A stretch of DNA of 64,000 bases, from NCBI GenBank assembly GCA_963794065.1, contig CAWCDA010000033.1:123643-187642 (forward strand), given 5' to 3'. Under the pieces are notes generated by a model. It had not been told where the DNA came from and made no database searches. It saw only the letters and a list, made by a program, of their open reading frames with translations. The DNA is from an uncultured Actinomycetes bacterium. Its GTDB lineage: Bacteria > Actinomycetota > UBA4738 > HRBIN12. Of the stretch, positions 28,672-36,754 are shown piece by piece. Numbering within the stretch: the stretch's first letter is position 1; every line of letters begins with the position of its first letter. A program made the position numbers and the translations under genes.

Positions 28672-28767
28672 CTGTCGTTGCTCGTTGTTGTGTCCGTGGT
28701 CGGTTGGTTGGTCAGCTGGTGAGTGGTGGGTGGGTGGTGGTGGTTGGTGGTGGTGGTTCGTCGTTAG
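28672..28767. repeat. G/T-only low-complexity tract (C/A-rich, G-poor when read on the minus strand) immediately 3' of tRNA-Tyr
   Basis: GGTTGGTTGG...GGTGGGTGGGTGGTGGTGGTTGGTGGTGGTGG, with about 5 C in the last 67 nt. Same composition as the tracts flanking four of the five repeat modules. Confidence 0.7.
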
Positions 28768-28849
28768 TGGGAGGAGGAGGATTCGAACCTCCGTAGGCAT
28801 CGCCGGCGATTTTACAGACCGCTCCCTTTGGCCGCTCGGGCATCCTCCC
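28768..28849 (-). tRNA. tRNA-Tyr (anticodon GTA), long variable arm, no encoded CCA
   Basis: Reverse complement: GGGAGGATGCCCGAGCGGCCAAAGGGAGCGGTCTGTAAAATCGCCGGCGATGCCTACGGAGGTTCGAATCCTCCTCCTCCCA. 7-bp acceptor stem GGGAGGA/TCCTCCC, anticodon loop CTGTAAA, T arm GGAGG-TTCGAAT-CCTCC. Confidence 0.9.
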
Positions 28850-28889
28850 GGATAGCGCACCGATGATACTGATTCGCTATCCTGCCGCC

Positions 28890-29378
28890 ATGGCGCAGGC
28901 AAGCTTCGACATCGTGTCCGAGATCGACATGCAGGAGGTCCGCAACGCGGTCGACCAGACCGGGCGCGAGCTCCACCAGCGGTTCGATTTCAAGAACACG
29001 CAAACCTCGGTGGAGCTGAAGGACGAGGCGATCGAGCTGGCCTCGGGCACCGAGGATCGGCTGAAGGCCGCCTACCAGGTCCTCGAGGAGAAGTTCGTCC
29101 GCCGCCAGGTGCCGCTCAAGGCGATGCAGCCCGGAGAGGTCGAGCCGGCCGCCAAGGGCTCCGTCCGCCAGACCGTCAAGCTGGTCACCGGCATCACGGA
29201 CGAGAAGGCCAAGGAGATCTCCAAGTTCGTCCGCCAGGCGGTGCCCAAGGCCCAGACCCAGATCCAGGGCTCCCAGGTGCGGGTCTCGAGCAAGTCCAAG
29301 GACGATCTGCAGGCCGCGATCGCCGCCGTGAAGGACCACGATTTCGGGATCGCCCTGCAATTCACGAACTACCGATAG
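28890..29378 (+). CDS. yajQ: YajQ family (UPF0234) nucleotide / cyclic-di-GMP binding protein
   Basis: MAQASFDIVSEIDMQEVRNAVDQ...FDFK, a near-canonical YajQ N-terminus. 163 aa. Confidence 0.85.
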   Translation: MAQASFDIVSEIDMQEVRNAVDQTGRELHQRFDFKNTQTSVELKDEAIELASGTEDRLKAAYQVLEEKFVRRQVPLKAMQPGEVEPAAKGSVRQTVKLVTGITDEKAKEISKFVRQAVPKAQTQIQGSQVRVSSKSKDDLQAAIAAVKDHDFGIALQFTNYR

Positions 29379-29447
29379 GGCCCGTTCGTAGGATTGTCCG
29401 AGGGCAACATCGGGTTTACACTCGCCCGCAGCAGATAGGGGGTCCCC

Positions 29448-29744
29448 ATGCCGCGCTACGTCATACAACGCAGGTTCGACGTCGGATCCGATCAGATGCC
29501 AGAGATCGGCCGCCGTTCGAGACAGATCATCGAGCAGGAGTTCACGAACGTCGTCTGGGTCCACAGCCACGTCGCCGTCGAGGAGGATGGGCACGTCCGA
29601 ACGTTCTGCCTGTACGACGCACCGGACCTCGAGGCGATCCAGCAGCACGCCGAGATGCTCGGGGACCACATCGTCGACGGCGTGTACGAGGTTGCCGGCG
29701 ACGTGACGCCGGCGGACTTCCCACCCTTGCCCGAAACGAACTAG
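29448..29744 (+). CDS. DUF4242 family protein
   Basis: MPRYVIQRRF...WVHSHVAVEEDGHVRTFCLYDAPDLEAIQQHAE. Family assignment from memory. Confidence 0.6.
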   Translation: MPRYVIQRRFDVGSDQMPEIGRRSRQIIEQEFTNVVWVHSHVAVEEDGHVRTFCLYDAPDLEAIQQHAEMLGDHIVDGVYEVAGDVTPADFPPLPETN

Positions 29745-31846
29745 CTCGATTCCTGGGGGGCCTGGTGCCCTCGCGCGGCCTCCACATCGGGCGTGTGCCA
29801 CGCCGAGGCCGCCGCAAGCGCGCGCTTCATGACGATGTCGTGCTTGAGCTTCGGTTCGTCTTCCGGCACAAGCTCGAGCGCCTGCGCGTAGAGATGTGCG
29901 GCACGTGCTTTCGCCCACCCACGCCCCGCGAGGTCGGCCGCCGCGAGCAGGTACTCCATCGCTTTGGCGGCATCGCCGGCCTCACGCCAGTGATAGGCGA
30001 GCGTGGCATCGGCGTCGCCGGCACGGAGCGACACCTCTTCCAGGTATTCCGCGGTGGTCCGGTGACACCGACGCCGCTCGTCTCGAGGCAAGGTCAGGTA
30101 GGCCACCTCGCGGATCAACCCGTGCTTGAAGCTGAACTGTTGATCGCCCTTGATCCGCGATGAGGCCTCGCGACGGATCAGGTCGCGGCGCTCGAGCGAC
30201 CCGAGCAGTTCGGGAAGGTCGGGCCGATCGACCCGCAGCCGCTGCAACACACCCCGCCAGAACACCTTGCCGACGACCGAGGCGTCGAGCACCACCTCTC
30301 GCTCGGCGGAGGGCAACGCGTCCAGGCGCGCCGCAACGATCCCGCGGATCGTGCCGGGCAGCTGGCTGGCGTCCCGTGTCGAACGCTCGGCGAGCGACGC
30401 GGTGAGCTCTTCGATGAACAGCGGGTTCCCGTCGCTCGAGGCGGCCAGCGAGTCGGCGCGGTCCACCAACCCGTCGAGCCCGCGCTGCTCGAAGAGCCGG
30501 CCGGTCAACTCGATCGCGTCCTCGGCGCTCAGCGGCTCGAGGGAGACGGTTCGCGACGTCAACAGACCACCGGCCCACGTCGGTCGCGAGGTCAGCAACT
30601 CCGGCCGGGAGGTCGCGATCATCAGCAGCGGTACGTCCTGCACCCGCGACGCGAGGTACTCGATCAGGTCGAGCAAGCTCGGGTCGCTGAAGTGGATGTC
30701 CTCGAACACCATCATCGTCGGGCGATCCCGCGCCACCGCCTCGACGAAGAGCCTTGCCGAGAAATACAACGTCTCGCGATCGGCCGGACCGTTCTCGACG
30801 GGCAGCCCAGCCAGGATCGCGACCGCGTCGGCGACCTCGGCTGGGTCCTCCCCCACCGACAGCTCGACCGCCTTCGCCCGCAGCTTGCCGATCGCGTCGG
30901 CCGGGTCGTCACTGTCGTAGATGCCGGCGACCCTTGCCACGTGCTGAGCGAACGCGCTGTACGGGCCGGTGTCGCCGTATCCGGCCGATCGCCCCCGCAG
31001 CGCGTGCCCACCGGATTCCGTCACCCGGTGCGCGAGCTCGTGCGCCAGCCGCGACTTGCCGATGCCCGCCGGTCCGAACACCGTGAGCAGGGAGCATCGG
31101 CGTTCGGAGGCGACGATGTCCCACATGCCACGCAGTGCCGCGAGCTCCTCGCCGCGTCCGACGATCGGGACCTCGGAGAAGACCCGCTCCCCCGCGGCCA
31201 CGAGCGGCGCGAGCGCGATCCACGCGGGCACCGGGTCGACCTTGCCCTTGGCTGTGATCGCCTCGACCTCCCGATATTCGATCACCGTCCGCGTCGACGA
31301 ATACGTCTCCTGGCCGACCAGGACCGAGTCCACCGGGGCGTTGGACTGCAGGCGCGCCGCCGTGTTGACGACGTCGCCGGCGACCATCGCCACGCCGGTC
31401 TCGGGCCGGGCACCGAGCGCAACGATCGCCTCGCCGGTGTTGACGGCGGCGCGGATCTGCAGTTCGAGCAGTGGGTCAGCCTCGTCCATGTCGGCGATCG
31501 AGTCACGAACGGCCATCGCCGCCCGGACCGCCCGCTCCGCATCGTCGCCGTGCGCGATGGGGGCGCCGAAGACCGCCATCACCGCGTCGCCGATGAACTT
31601 CTCGACCGTGCCGCCGAACCGCTCGATCTCGGCGCGGGCGCGCTCGTAGTAGCGGGTCAGCATCGCCCGGACATCCTCGGGATCGAGCTGCTCCGACTTG
31701 GACGTGAACCCGACCAGGTCGACGAAGAGGACGGAGACGACCCGGCGCTCCTCCCGGGACGAGGCCTCGTCGAGCGGGGTCGCGCAGGCCTGACAGAAGC
31801 GAGCTCGCTCCGAGTTCTCTTCACCGCATGCAGGGCATCGGATCAC
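29741..31846 (-). CDS. class III adenylate/guanylate cyclase fused to an AAA ATPase and TPR-like region
   Basis: N-terminal zinc ribbon (CPACGEEN...CQAC). Cyclase core (VSVLFVDLVGFT, EKFIGDAVMAVFGAP). P-loop GPAGIGKS. Confidence 0.8.
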   Translation of the reverse strand: MIRCPACGEENSERARFCQACATPLDEASSREERRVVSVLFVDLVGFTSKSEQLDPEDVRAMLTRYYERARAEIERFGGTVEKFIGDAVMAVFGAPIAHGDDAERAVRAAMAVRDSIADMDEADPLLELQIRAAVNTGEAIVALGARPETGVAMVAGDVVNTAARLQSNAPVDSVLVGQETYSSTRTVIEYREVEAITAKGKVDPVPAWIALAPLVAAGERVFSEVPIVGRGEELAALRGMWDIVASERRCSLLTVFGPAGIGKSRLAHELAHRVTESGGHALRGRSAGYGDTGPYSAFAQHVARVAGIYDSDDPADAIGKLRAKAVELSVGEDPAEVADAVAILAGLPVENGPADRETLYFSARLFVEAVARDRPTMMVFEDIHFSDPSLLDLIEYLASRVQDVPLLMIATSRPELLTSRPTWAGGLLTSRTVSLEPLSAEDAIELTGRLFEQRGLDGLVDRADSLAASSDGNPLFIEELTASLAERSTRDASQLPGTIRGIVAARLDALPSAEREVVLDASVVGKVFWRGVLQRLRVDRPDLPELLGSLERRDLIRREASSRIKGDQQFSFKHGLIREVAYLTLPRDERRRCHRTTAEYLEEVSLRAGDADATLAYHWREAGDAAKAMEYLLAAADLAGRGWAKARAAHLYAQALELVPEDEPKLKHDIVMKRALAAASAWHTPDVEAARGHQAPQESS

Positions 31847-31896
31847 GGAGGCAGCCTATCCCGAGTCTGGTTGCTCCGCGCCGATGAGCCTCAGCG

Positions 31897-32310
31897 CTAC
31901 GGCTGTCCCGCGGTCTCCTCCTCGAGACGTTCGCGCTCGCGCTCGATCTCTGCGTCGTTCTTCCGCTCCAACCCGATCAGCTTGTCGTGCGCCTTCTCCG
32001 ACGACGCGATCAGCTCGTCCAGCTTCACATGGGTCGCCACCGAATCCCTGTTCTGCGTCGCCTGGATCACGAAGACCATCAGGAACGTCATGACCGTCGT
32101 ACCTGTGTTCACGACGAGCTGCCAGGTGTTCGAGAAGTGGAAGAGCGGCCCGGAGATGAGCCAGAGCACCATCAAGCCGACCGCTCCGATGAACGCCCAC
32201 TCGGACCCCGTGTACCGGGCCACCGCGTTGGTGAAATGGACGAACGCAGAGCCGCGGGAACCGTCCTCGCGCCGCCTCTTCGAGGTTGCCATCGCCGCCT
32301 CCTCGCGCAC
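31897..32310 (-). CDS. low-affinity iron permease family protein
   Basis: FSNTWQLVVNTGTTVMTFLMVFVIQATQNRD and HVKLDELI segments. Confidence 0.7.
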   Translation of the reverse strand: MREEAAMATSKRRREDGSRGSAFVHFTNAVARYTGSEWAFIGAVGLMVLWLISGPLFHFSNTWQLVVNTGTTVMTFLMVFVIQATQNRDSVATHVKLDELIASSEKAHDKLIGLERKNDAEIERERERLEEETAGQP

Positions 32311-32423
32311 GAAACGGTGGCGGTGTTCCCCGGCTCGCCCGGGACGAAACCTCGCGGATTGCTCCAGATTGCCTGGCCAGGCCCGCCCCGGGTAGGCTTT
32401 CGGCTCTTCAGGAGGTGATACGC

Positions 32424-33809
32424 ATGGACCTTGAGCGGATCAAGGCACGCTCGGCGGAGATCGCCGAAGCGGAAACCCCCAAGTTGCTCGCCAACACCGG
32501 CGCGTCGAAGTCGCTGCATGCTCGCGCGATCAAGAGCATGCCCGGCGGCGTCGCGTCCAACTTCCAGGCCGGCGACCCCTACCCCGTGTATCTGGAGAAG
32601 GGCAAGGGTTCGAGCGTCTGGGACGTGGACGGCACCGAGTACAAGGACTTCCACGGTGGGTTCGGCGTCAACGTCGTGGGCCATGCGCACCCCAAGATCG
32701 TCGAGGCGCTGACGAAGGCCGCGAGCAACGCGATCCACTTCGCGGTCACCACGCCCGACACGATCGCGCTGGCCGAGGCCATCTGCGAGCGGTTCCAGCT
32801 GGAGCAGATGCGGTTCGTCAACTCCGGGACCGAGGCGACGATGGATGCGATCCGCGTCGCCCGCGCCGCGACCGGCCGCGACAAGATCATCAAGATGGAG
32901 GGCTCCTACCACGGGCACCACGACTCGGTGCTGTTCTCCGTCGTTCCCGAGGCCGACGTGCTTGACATGCGCTTCACGACGGGCGGCACCGGGGACCAGT
33001 CGTGGTACTCCACCGAGCCGACGTCCAAGGGCGTGCCGGAGGCGCTGTGGGACACCGTGGTCGTCGTGCCGTTCAACGACGCGGCGGCCGCCGAGGAGGC
33101 GCTCGCCGACAACGAAGGCCAGATCGCGGCCGTGATCCTCGAGCCCGTGATGATGAACATCGGCATCGTCGAGCCGGCCCCCGGCTACCTGCAGGCGCTC
33201 AAGGACTCCTGCGACAAGCACGGCGCCGTCTTGATCTTCGACGAGGTCAAGTGCGGCGGCACGATCGCCTACGGCGGCACCGCGGAGCGCTACGGCGTGA
33301 AGCCACACATGGCTGCGTTCGCCAAGGCGATCGGCGGGGGCTCCACGATCGGCGCGTTCGGCGGTGAGGCCCGCTTCATGGAGTGGGTGAGCAAGGGCGC
33401 CGCGCAGCAGGGCACGTTCAACGGCAACCCGCTGTCCTCGGCCGCCGGACTTGCGGCGCTGACGCAGGTGCTGACGAAGGACGCGTACGACTACCTGGGC
33501 AAGCTCGGCACCATGCTCGCGGAGGGCTGCAACCGGGCGATCGTCGAGACAGGCCTGCCGGCCCACACGGTCGACCTCGGCGCGAAGGGCTGCGTGTCGT
33601 ATCGCGACAAGCCGCTGACCAACTACCGGGATTTCCTGGAGACGCACACCGAGATCTACTGGGCCTCCTACCCGTGGATGGTGAACCGGGGGATCTTCAT
33701 GACCCCCGGCGACGAGGAGCAGTGGACGATCTCGGTACAGCACACCGAGGACGACATCGCGAAGTACGTGGACGCGTTCGGCGAGTTCTGCCAGGAGCTC
33801 TCCAAGTAA
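32424..33809 (+). CDS. class III PLP-dependent aminotransferase (glutamate-1-semialdehyde aminomutase-like)
   Basis: GGAGGTG lies 6 nt upstream of ATG 32424. [33 protein letters not shown] and LIFDEVK segments. Confidence 0.85.
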   Translation: MDLERIKARSAEIAEAETPKLLANTGASKSLHARAIKSMPGGVASNFQAGDPYPVYLEKGKGSSVWDVDGTEYKDFHGGFGVNVVGHAHPKIVEALTKAASNAIHFAVTTPDTIALAEAICERFQLEQMRFVNSGTEATMDAIRVARAATGRDKIIKMEGSYHGHHDSVLFSVVPEADVLDMRFTTGGTGDQSWYSTEPTSKGVPEALWDTVVVVPFNDAAAAEEALADNEGQIAAVILEPVMMNIGIVEPAPGYLQALKDSCDKHGAVLIFDEVKCGGTIAYGGTAERYGVKPHMAAFAKAIGGGSTIGAFGGEARFMEWVSKGAAQQGTFNGNPLSSAAGLAALTQVLTKDAYDYLGKLGTMLAEGCNRAIVETGLPAHTVDLGAKGCVSYRDKPLTNYRDFLETHTEIYWASYPWMVNRGIFMTPGDEEQWTISVQHTEDDIAKYVDAFGEFCQELSK

Positions 33810-33843
33810 CGCTCGCGATCACGGGTAGCGACCAGACGCGGTG

Positions 33844-33871
33844 GGCCGGCCCTCGGGCCGGCCTTTCGTTT
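33844..33871 (+). terminator. intrinsic terminator
   Basis: GGCCGGCC-CTCG-GGCCGGCC (8 G-C pairs) followed by TTTCGTTT, 35 nt after the aminotransferase stop. Confidence 0.7.
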
Positions 33872-33932
33872 ACCGCGAGTGAACAGTAGGCGTAGCCGGA
33901 TGTGAACGAGCGGGTTTGAGGGGAGGTTCCGC

Positions 33933-35285
33933 ATGCAGTTCATGCACGAGTACACCGACGAGACCGAGGAGATGGCGCGGGCGCTCGTGGCCTACGCGCG
34001 GAATCGCATCGCGGCCGCGCAGCCTCTGGACAACGTGGTCCCCGCAGCCGAGCTGGACAAGCGCGCCGGTGCGACCGTGACCGCCTCGGGGATCGGCTGG
34101 GAGGAGGCGCTCCGCCTCTGGGGCGAGGTGCTCGCCCCGGCGACGATCTCCACCGACCACCCGGCCGCGCTCGCGTTCGTGCCGGGCGCTCCCACCAAGG
34201 CGAGCGTGCTGTTCGACCTGATCGTGGGCGCCTCCTCGACGATCGCCGCGGGCTGGATCGACGGCGCGGGCGCGATCTGGGCGGAGAACCAGGCGCTGGC
34301 ATGGCTGGCGAACGCGGCCGGCATGCCCGCCGACGCCGGCGGCGTGTTCGTGAGCGGTGGCTCGGCCGGGAACCTGTCGGCGCTGGTGGCCGCGCGACAC
34401 GCGGCGGCCGCCGATCGAGCGCGCCCCACCCGCTGGCGGTTCGCCGCCTGCGAGACCGTCCACTCGTCGGTAGCCGCGGCCGCGCGCGTGATGGACGTCG
34501 GGGTGTTGGACGTGCCGGCCGACGAGCACGGGCGGCTCACCGGCGAGGCGCTGCGACGAACCCTGGACGCCGACGGCGGCGCCGGATTGTTCGCGGTGGT
34601 GGTGAGCGCGGGCGCGACGAACGCCGGCACCGTCGACGATCTCGAGGGCGTGGCCGACGTTTGCGCGGAGCGTGGCCTGTGGTTCCACGTGGACGGCGCC
34701 TACGGGGGCGCAGGACTGCTCGCGCCGAGCGTCCGCGGGCTGTACGACGGGATCGAGCGCGCGGACTCCTTCATCGTGGATCCGCACAAGTGGCTGTTCG
34801 CGCCCTACGACGCGTGTGCGCTGCTGTACCGAGACCCATCGGTCGCCTTGCGGGCGCACCGCCAGGAGGCCTCGTACCTGGACACGTCGAACGCAGCGCC
34901 GGATTGGAACCCGGCGGACTACGCCTACCACCTGTCGCGGCGGGCCCGGGGGCTGCCCTTGTGGTTCTCGCTCGCGACCTACGGCACCGACGCCTACCGC
35001 CAAGCCATCGAGGCGGTCTTGACGATCACGCGACAGACCGCCGCGCTCGTCCACGAACACCCGAAGCTCGAGTTGATCATGGAACCTGAGCTGTCGGTCG
35101 TGCTATTCCGCCGGCTCGGCTGGGAGCCCGACGACTACGAGGCGTGGTGGCACCGCTTGGTCGACGCGCAGATCGCGTTCGTCCAGCCGACCTCATGGAA
35201 GGGCGAGAAGGTCGCGCGTCTCTGCTTCGTCAACCCGCGGACCACGCTGGATCACGTGCGGGCGATCCTGGGGACGATGGCCTAG
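33933..35285 (+). CDS. group II PLP-dependent amino-acid decarboxylase
   Basis: SGGSAGNLSAL, HVDGAYGGAG and DPHKWLFAPYD (PLP lysine) segments. Confidence 0.8.
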   Translation: MQFMHEYTDETEEMARALVAYARNRIAAAQPLDNVVPAAELDKRAGATVTASGIGWEEALRLWGEVLAPATISTDHPAALAFVPGAPTKASVLFDLIVGASSTIAAGWIDGAGAIWAENQALAWLANAAGMPADAGGVFVSGGSAGNLSALVAARHAAAADRARPTRWRFAACETVHSSVAAAARVMDVGVLDVPADEHGRLTGEALRRTLDADGGAGLFAVVVSAGATNAGTVDDLEGVADVCAERGLWFHVDGAYGGAGLLAPSVRGLYDGIERADSFIVDPHKWLFAPYDACALLYRDPSVALRAHRQEASYLDTSNAAPDWNPADYAYHLSRRARGLPLWFSLATYGTDAYRQAIEAVLTITRQTAALVHEHPKLELIMEPELSVVLFRRLGWEPDDYEAWWHRLVDAQIAFVQPTSWKGEKVARLCFVNPRTTLDHVRAILGTMA

Positions 35286-36751
35286 CTGCCGAGCGCCAAC
35301 GACGACAGCTCGCCAAGTCGGAACAGCGCGTTGGGCAGTACGAAGATCAGCAGGATGCCCGCCAGCGCGATCGTCACGACGGTGCCGAGCAGCACCGGGG
35401 TGCGCACGCGGACCTCTTCGGCCGGGGGGTCCTCGAAGATCATGGCCCGTGGGATCAAGAAGTAGTACCCCACGCTGATGACGGAGTTGATCACCATGAT
35501 CGCGGCCAGCCAGTAGCCGATCCCGCCTCGATCGATCGCCGCGGCGAAGATGCCCAGCTTCCCCCAGAACCCACCGGTCGGCGGCACGCCGGCGAGCGAC
35601 ACCATGAACGCGGTCATCGCCACGCCGAGCAACGGCGCCGACTTCATCAGGCCCGCGAAGTCCTCGATCCGCAGGTTCGGGCGACGCTCCGACACGGCGG
35701 TCACCACCGCGAACGAGCCGAGGTTCATCACCGCGTAGATCAGGATGTAGGCGACCGCCGCGGTGAACGCCGACTGGTTCACGCCCGCGTCGCCCGACAC
35801 GAGCGCGAACGGCAACAGGATGTACCCGGCCTGCGCGATCCCCGAGTACGCGAGCAGCCGCACCGCCTGACGCTGGCGCAGCGCGACCAGGTTCCCCAAC
35901 GTCATCGTCAACACGGACAGCAGCGCGAAGATCGGCGCCCAGAACTCCCACTGGCCCACGAACGCCACGAACATCAGCTGCAACAGGCCCGCGAACCCCG
36001 CGGCCGCCGACGCGACCGCAAGGAACCCCGCCACGGGCACGGGCGAGCCCTCATAAGTGTCCGGCGCCCAGAACTGGAACGGCACGGCCGAGACCTTGAA
36101 CGCGAACCCGACCACGACGAACAGGATCGCCACCTGCGCCAGCGTCTCGCTCGGCCCGGTCAGACCGCCGAGCTTGGCCGCGATCGCGTGCAGCTCCAGC
36201 GCGCCCGTCAGCCCGTAGATCAGGCTCATCCCGTAGAGCATCACCGCGGTCGACAGCACCCCGATGATGAAGAACTTCAGCCCGCCCTCGTTCCCGCGGA
36301 TGTCGGACTTGCGGAACGCCGCCATCAGGAACCCGGGCGCCGACACGAGCTCCAACGCCAGGAACAGCATCAGGAGGTTCCGCGAGGCCGGCATCAGCGT
36401 GCAGCCGAGGAACGCCGTCAGCAGCAGGAAGTAGTACTCCCCCTGGTAGAAGCCGCCGTCGCGCAGGTATCGGTAGGAAATCAACAGGACGACCACCGCA
36501 CACACCAGGAAGAACGCCTGGAAGATCAGCGTGAACGCGTCGACCACATAGGCGCCGCCGAACGCGGACCGCTCTCCTTGACCGACCAGCGACAAGACGG
36601 CGGCCAGCGAGGCCAGCACACCGACCATCGCGACCCACATCGACACCGACTTCGCGCGCGCCGGCAGGAAGAGATCGACGATGAGCACCACGAGGATCGT
36701 GGCCGCCAGGATCTCGACCGGCAGCAGCGCGTGATAGTCGATGGTCAGCAA
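35282..36751 (-). CDS. nuoN: NADH-quinone oxidoreductase subunit N (partial second set)
   Basis: 489-aa antiporter-like polytopic protein, last gene of the 10-gene set. Its stop shares CTAG with the convergent decarboxylase. Confidence 0.85.
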   Translation of the reverse strand: MLTIDYHALLPVEILAATILVVLIVDLFLPARAKSVSMWVAMVGVLASLAAVLSLVGQGERSAFGGAYVVDAFTLIFQAFFLVCAVVVLLISYRYLRDGGFYQGEYYFLLLTAFLGCTLMPASRNLLMLFLALELVSAPGFLMAAFRKSDIRGNEGGLKFFIIGVLSTAVMLYGMSLIYGLTGALELHAIAAKLGGLTGPSETLAQVAILFVVVGFAFKVSAVPFQFWAPDTYEGSPVPVAGFLAVASAAAGFAGLLQLMFVAFVGQWEFWAPIFALLSVLTMTLGNLVALRQRQAVRLLAYSGIAQAGYILLPFALVSGDAGVNQSAFTAAVAYILIYAVMNLGSFAVVTAVSERRPNLRIEDFAGLMKSAPLLGVAMTAFMVSLAGVPPTGGFWGKLGIFAAAIDRGGIGYWLAAIMVINSVISVGYYFLIPRAMIFEDPPAEEVRVRTPVLLGTVVTIALAGILLIFVLPNALFRLGELSSLALGS

Positions 36752-36754
36752 GCG

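Noticed and set aside
28642-28902. 86-aa minus-strand ORF
   Set aside because: It overlaps tRNA-Tyr and the low-complexity tract, and its translation is a His/Pro/Thr repeat generated by the C/A tract.
32172-33743. 523-aa minus-strand ORF
   Set aside because: It is antisense to the class III aminotransferase and has an Arg/Gly/His-rich composition.
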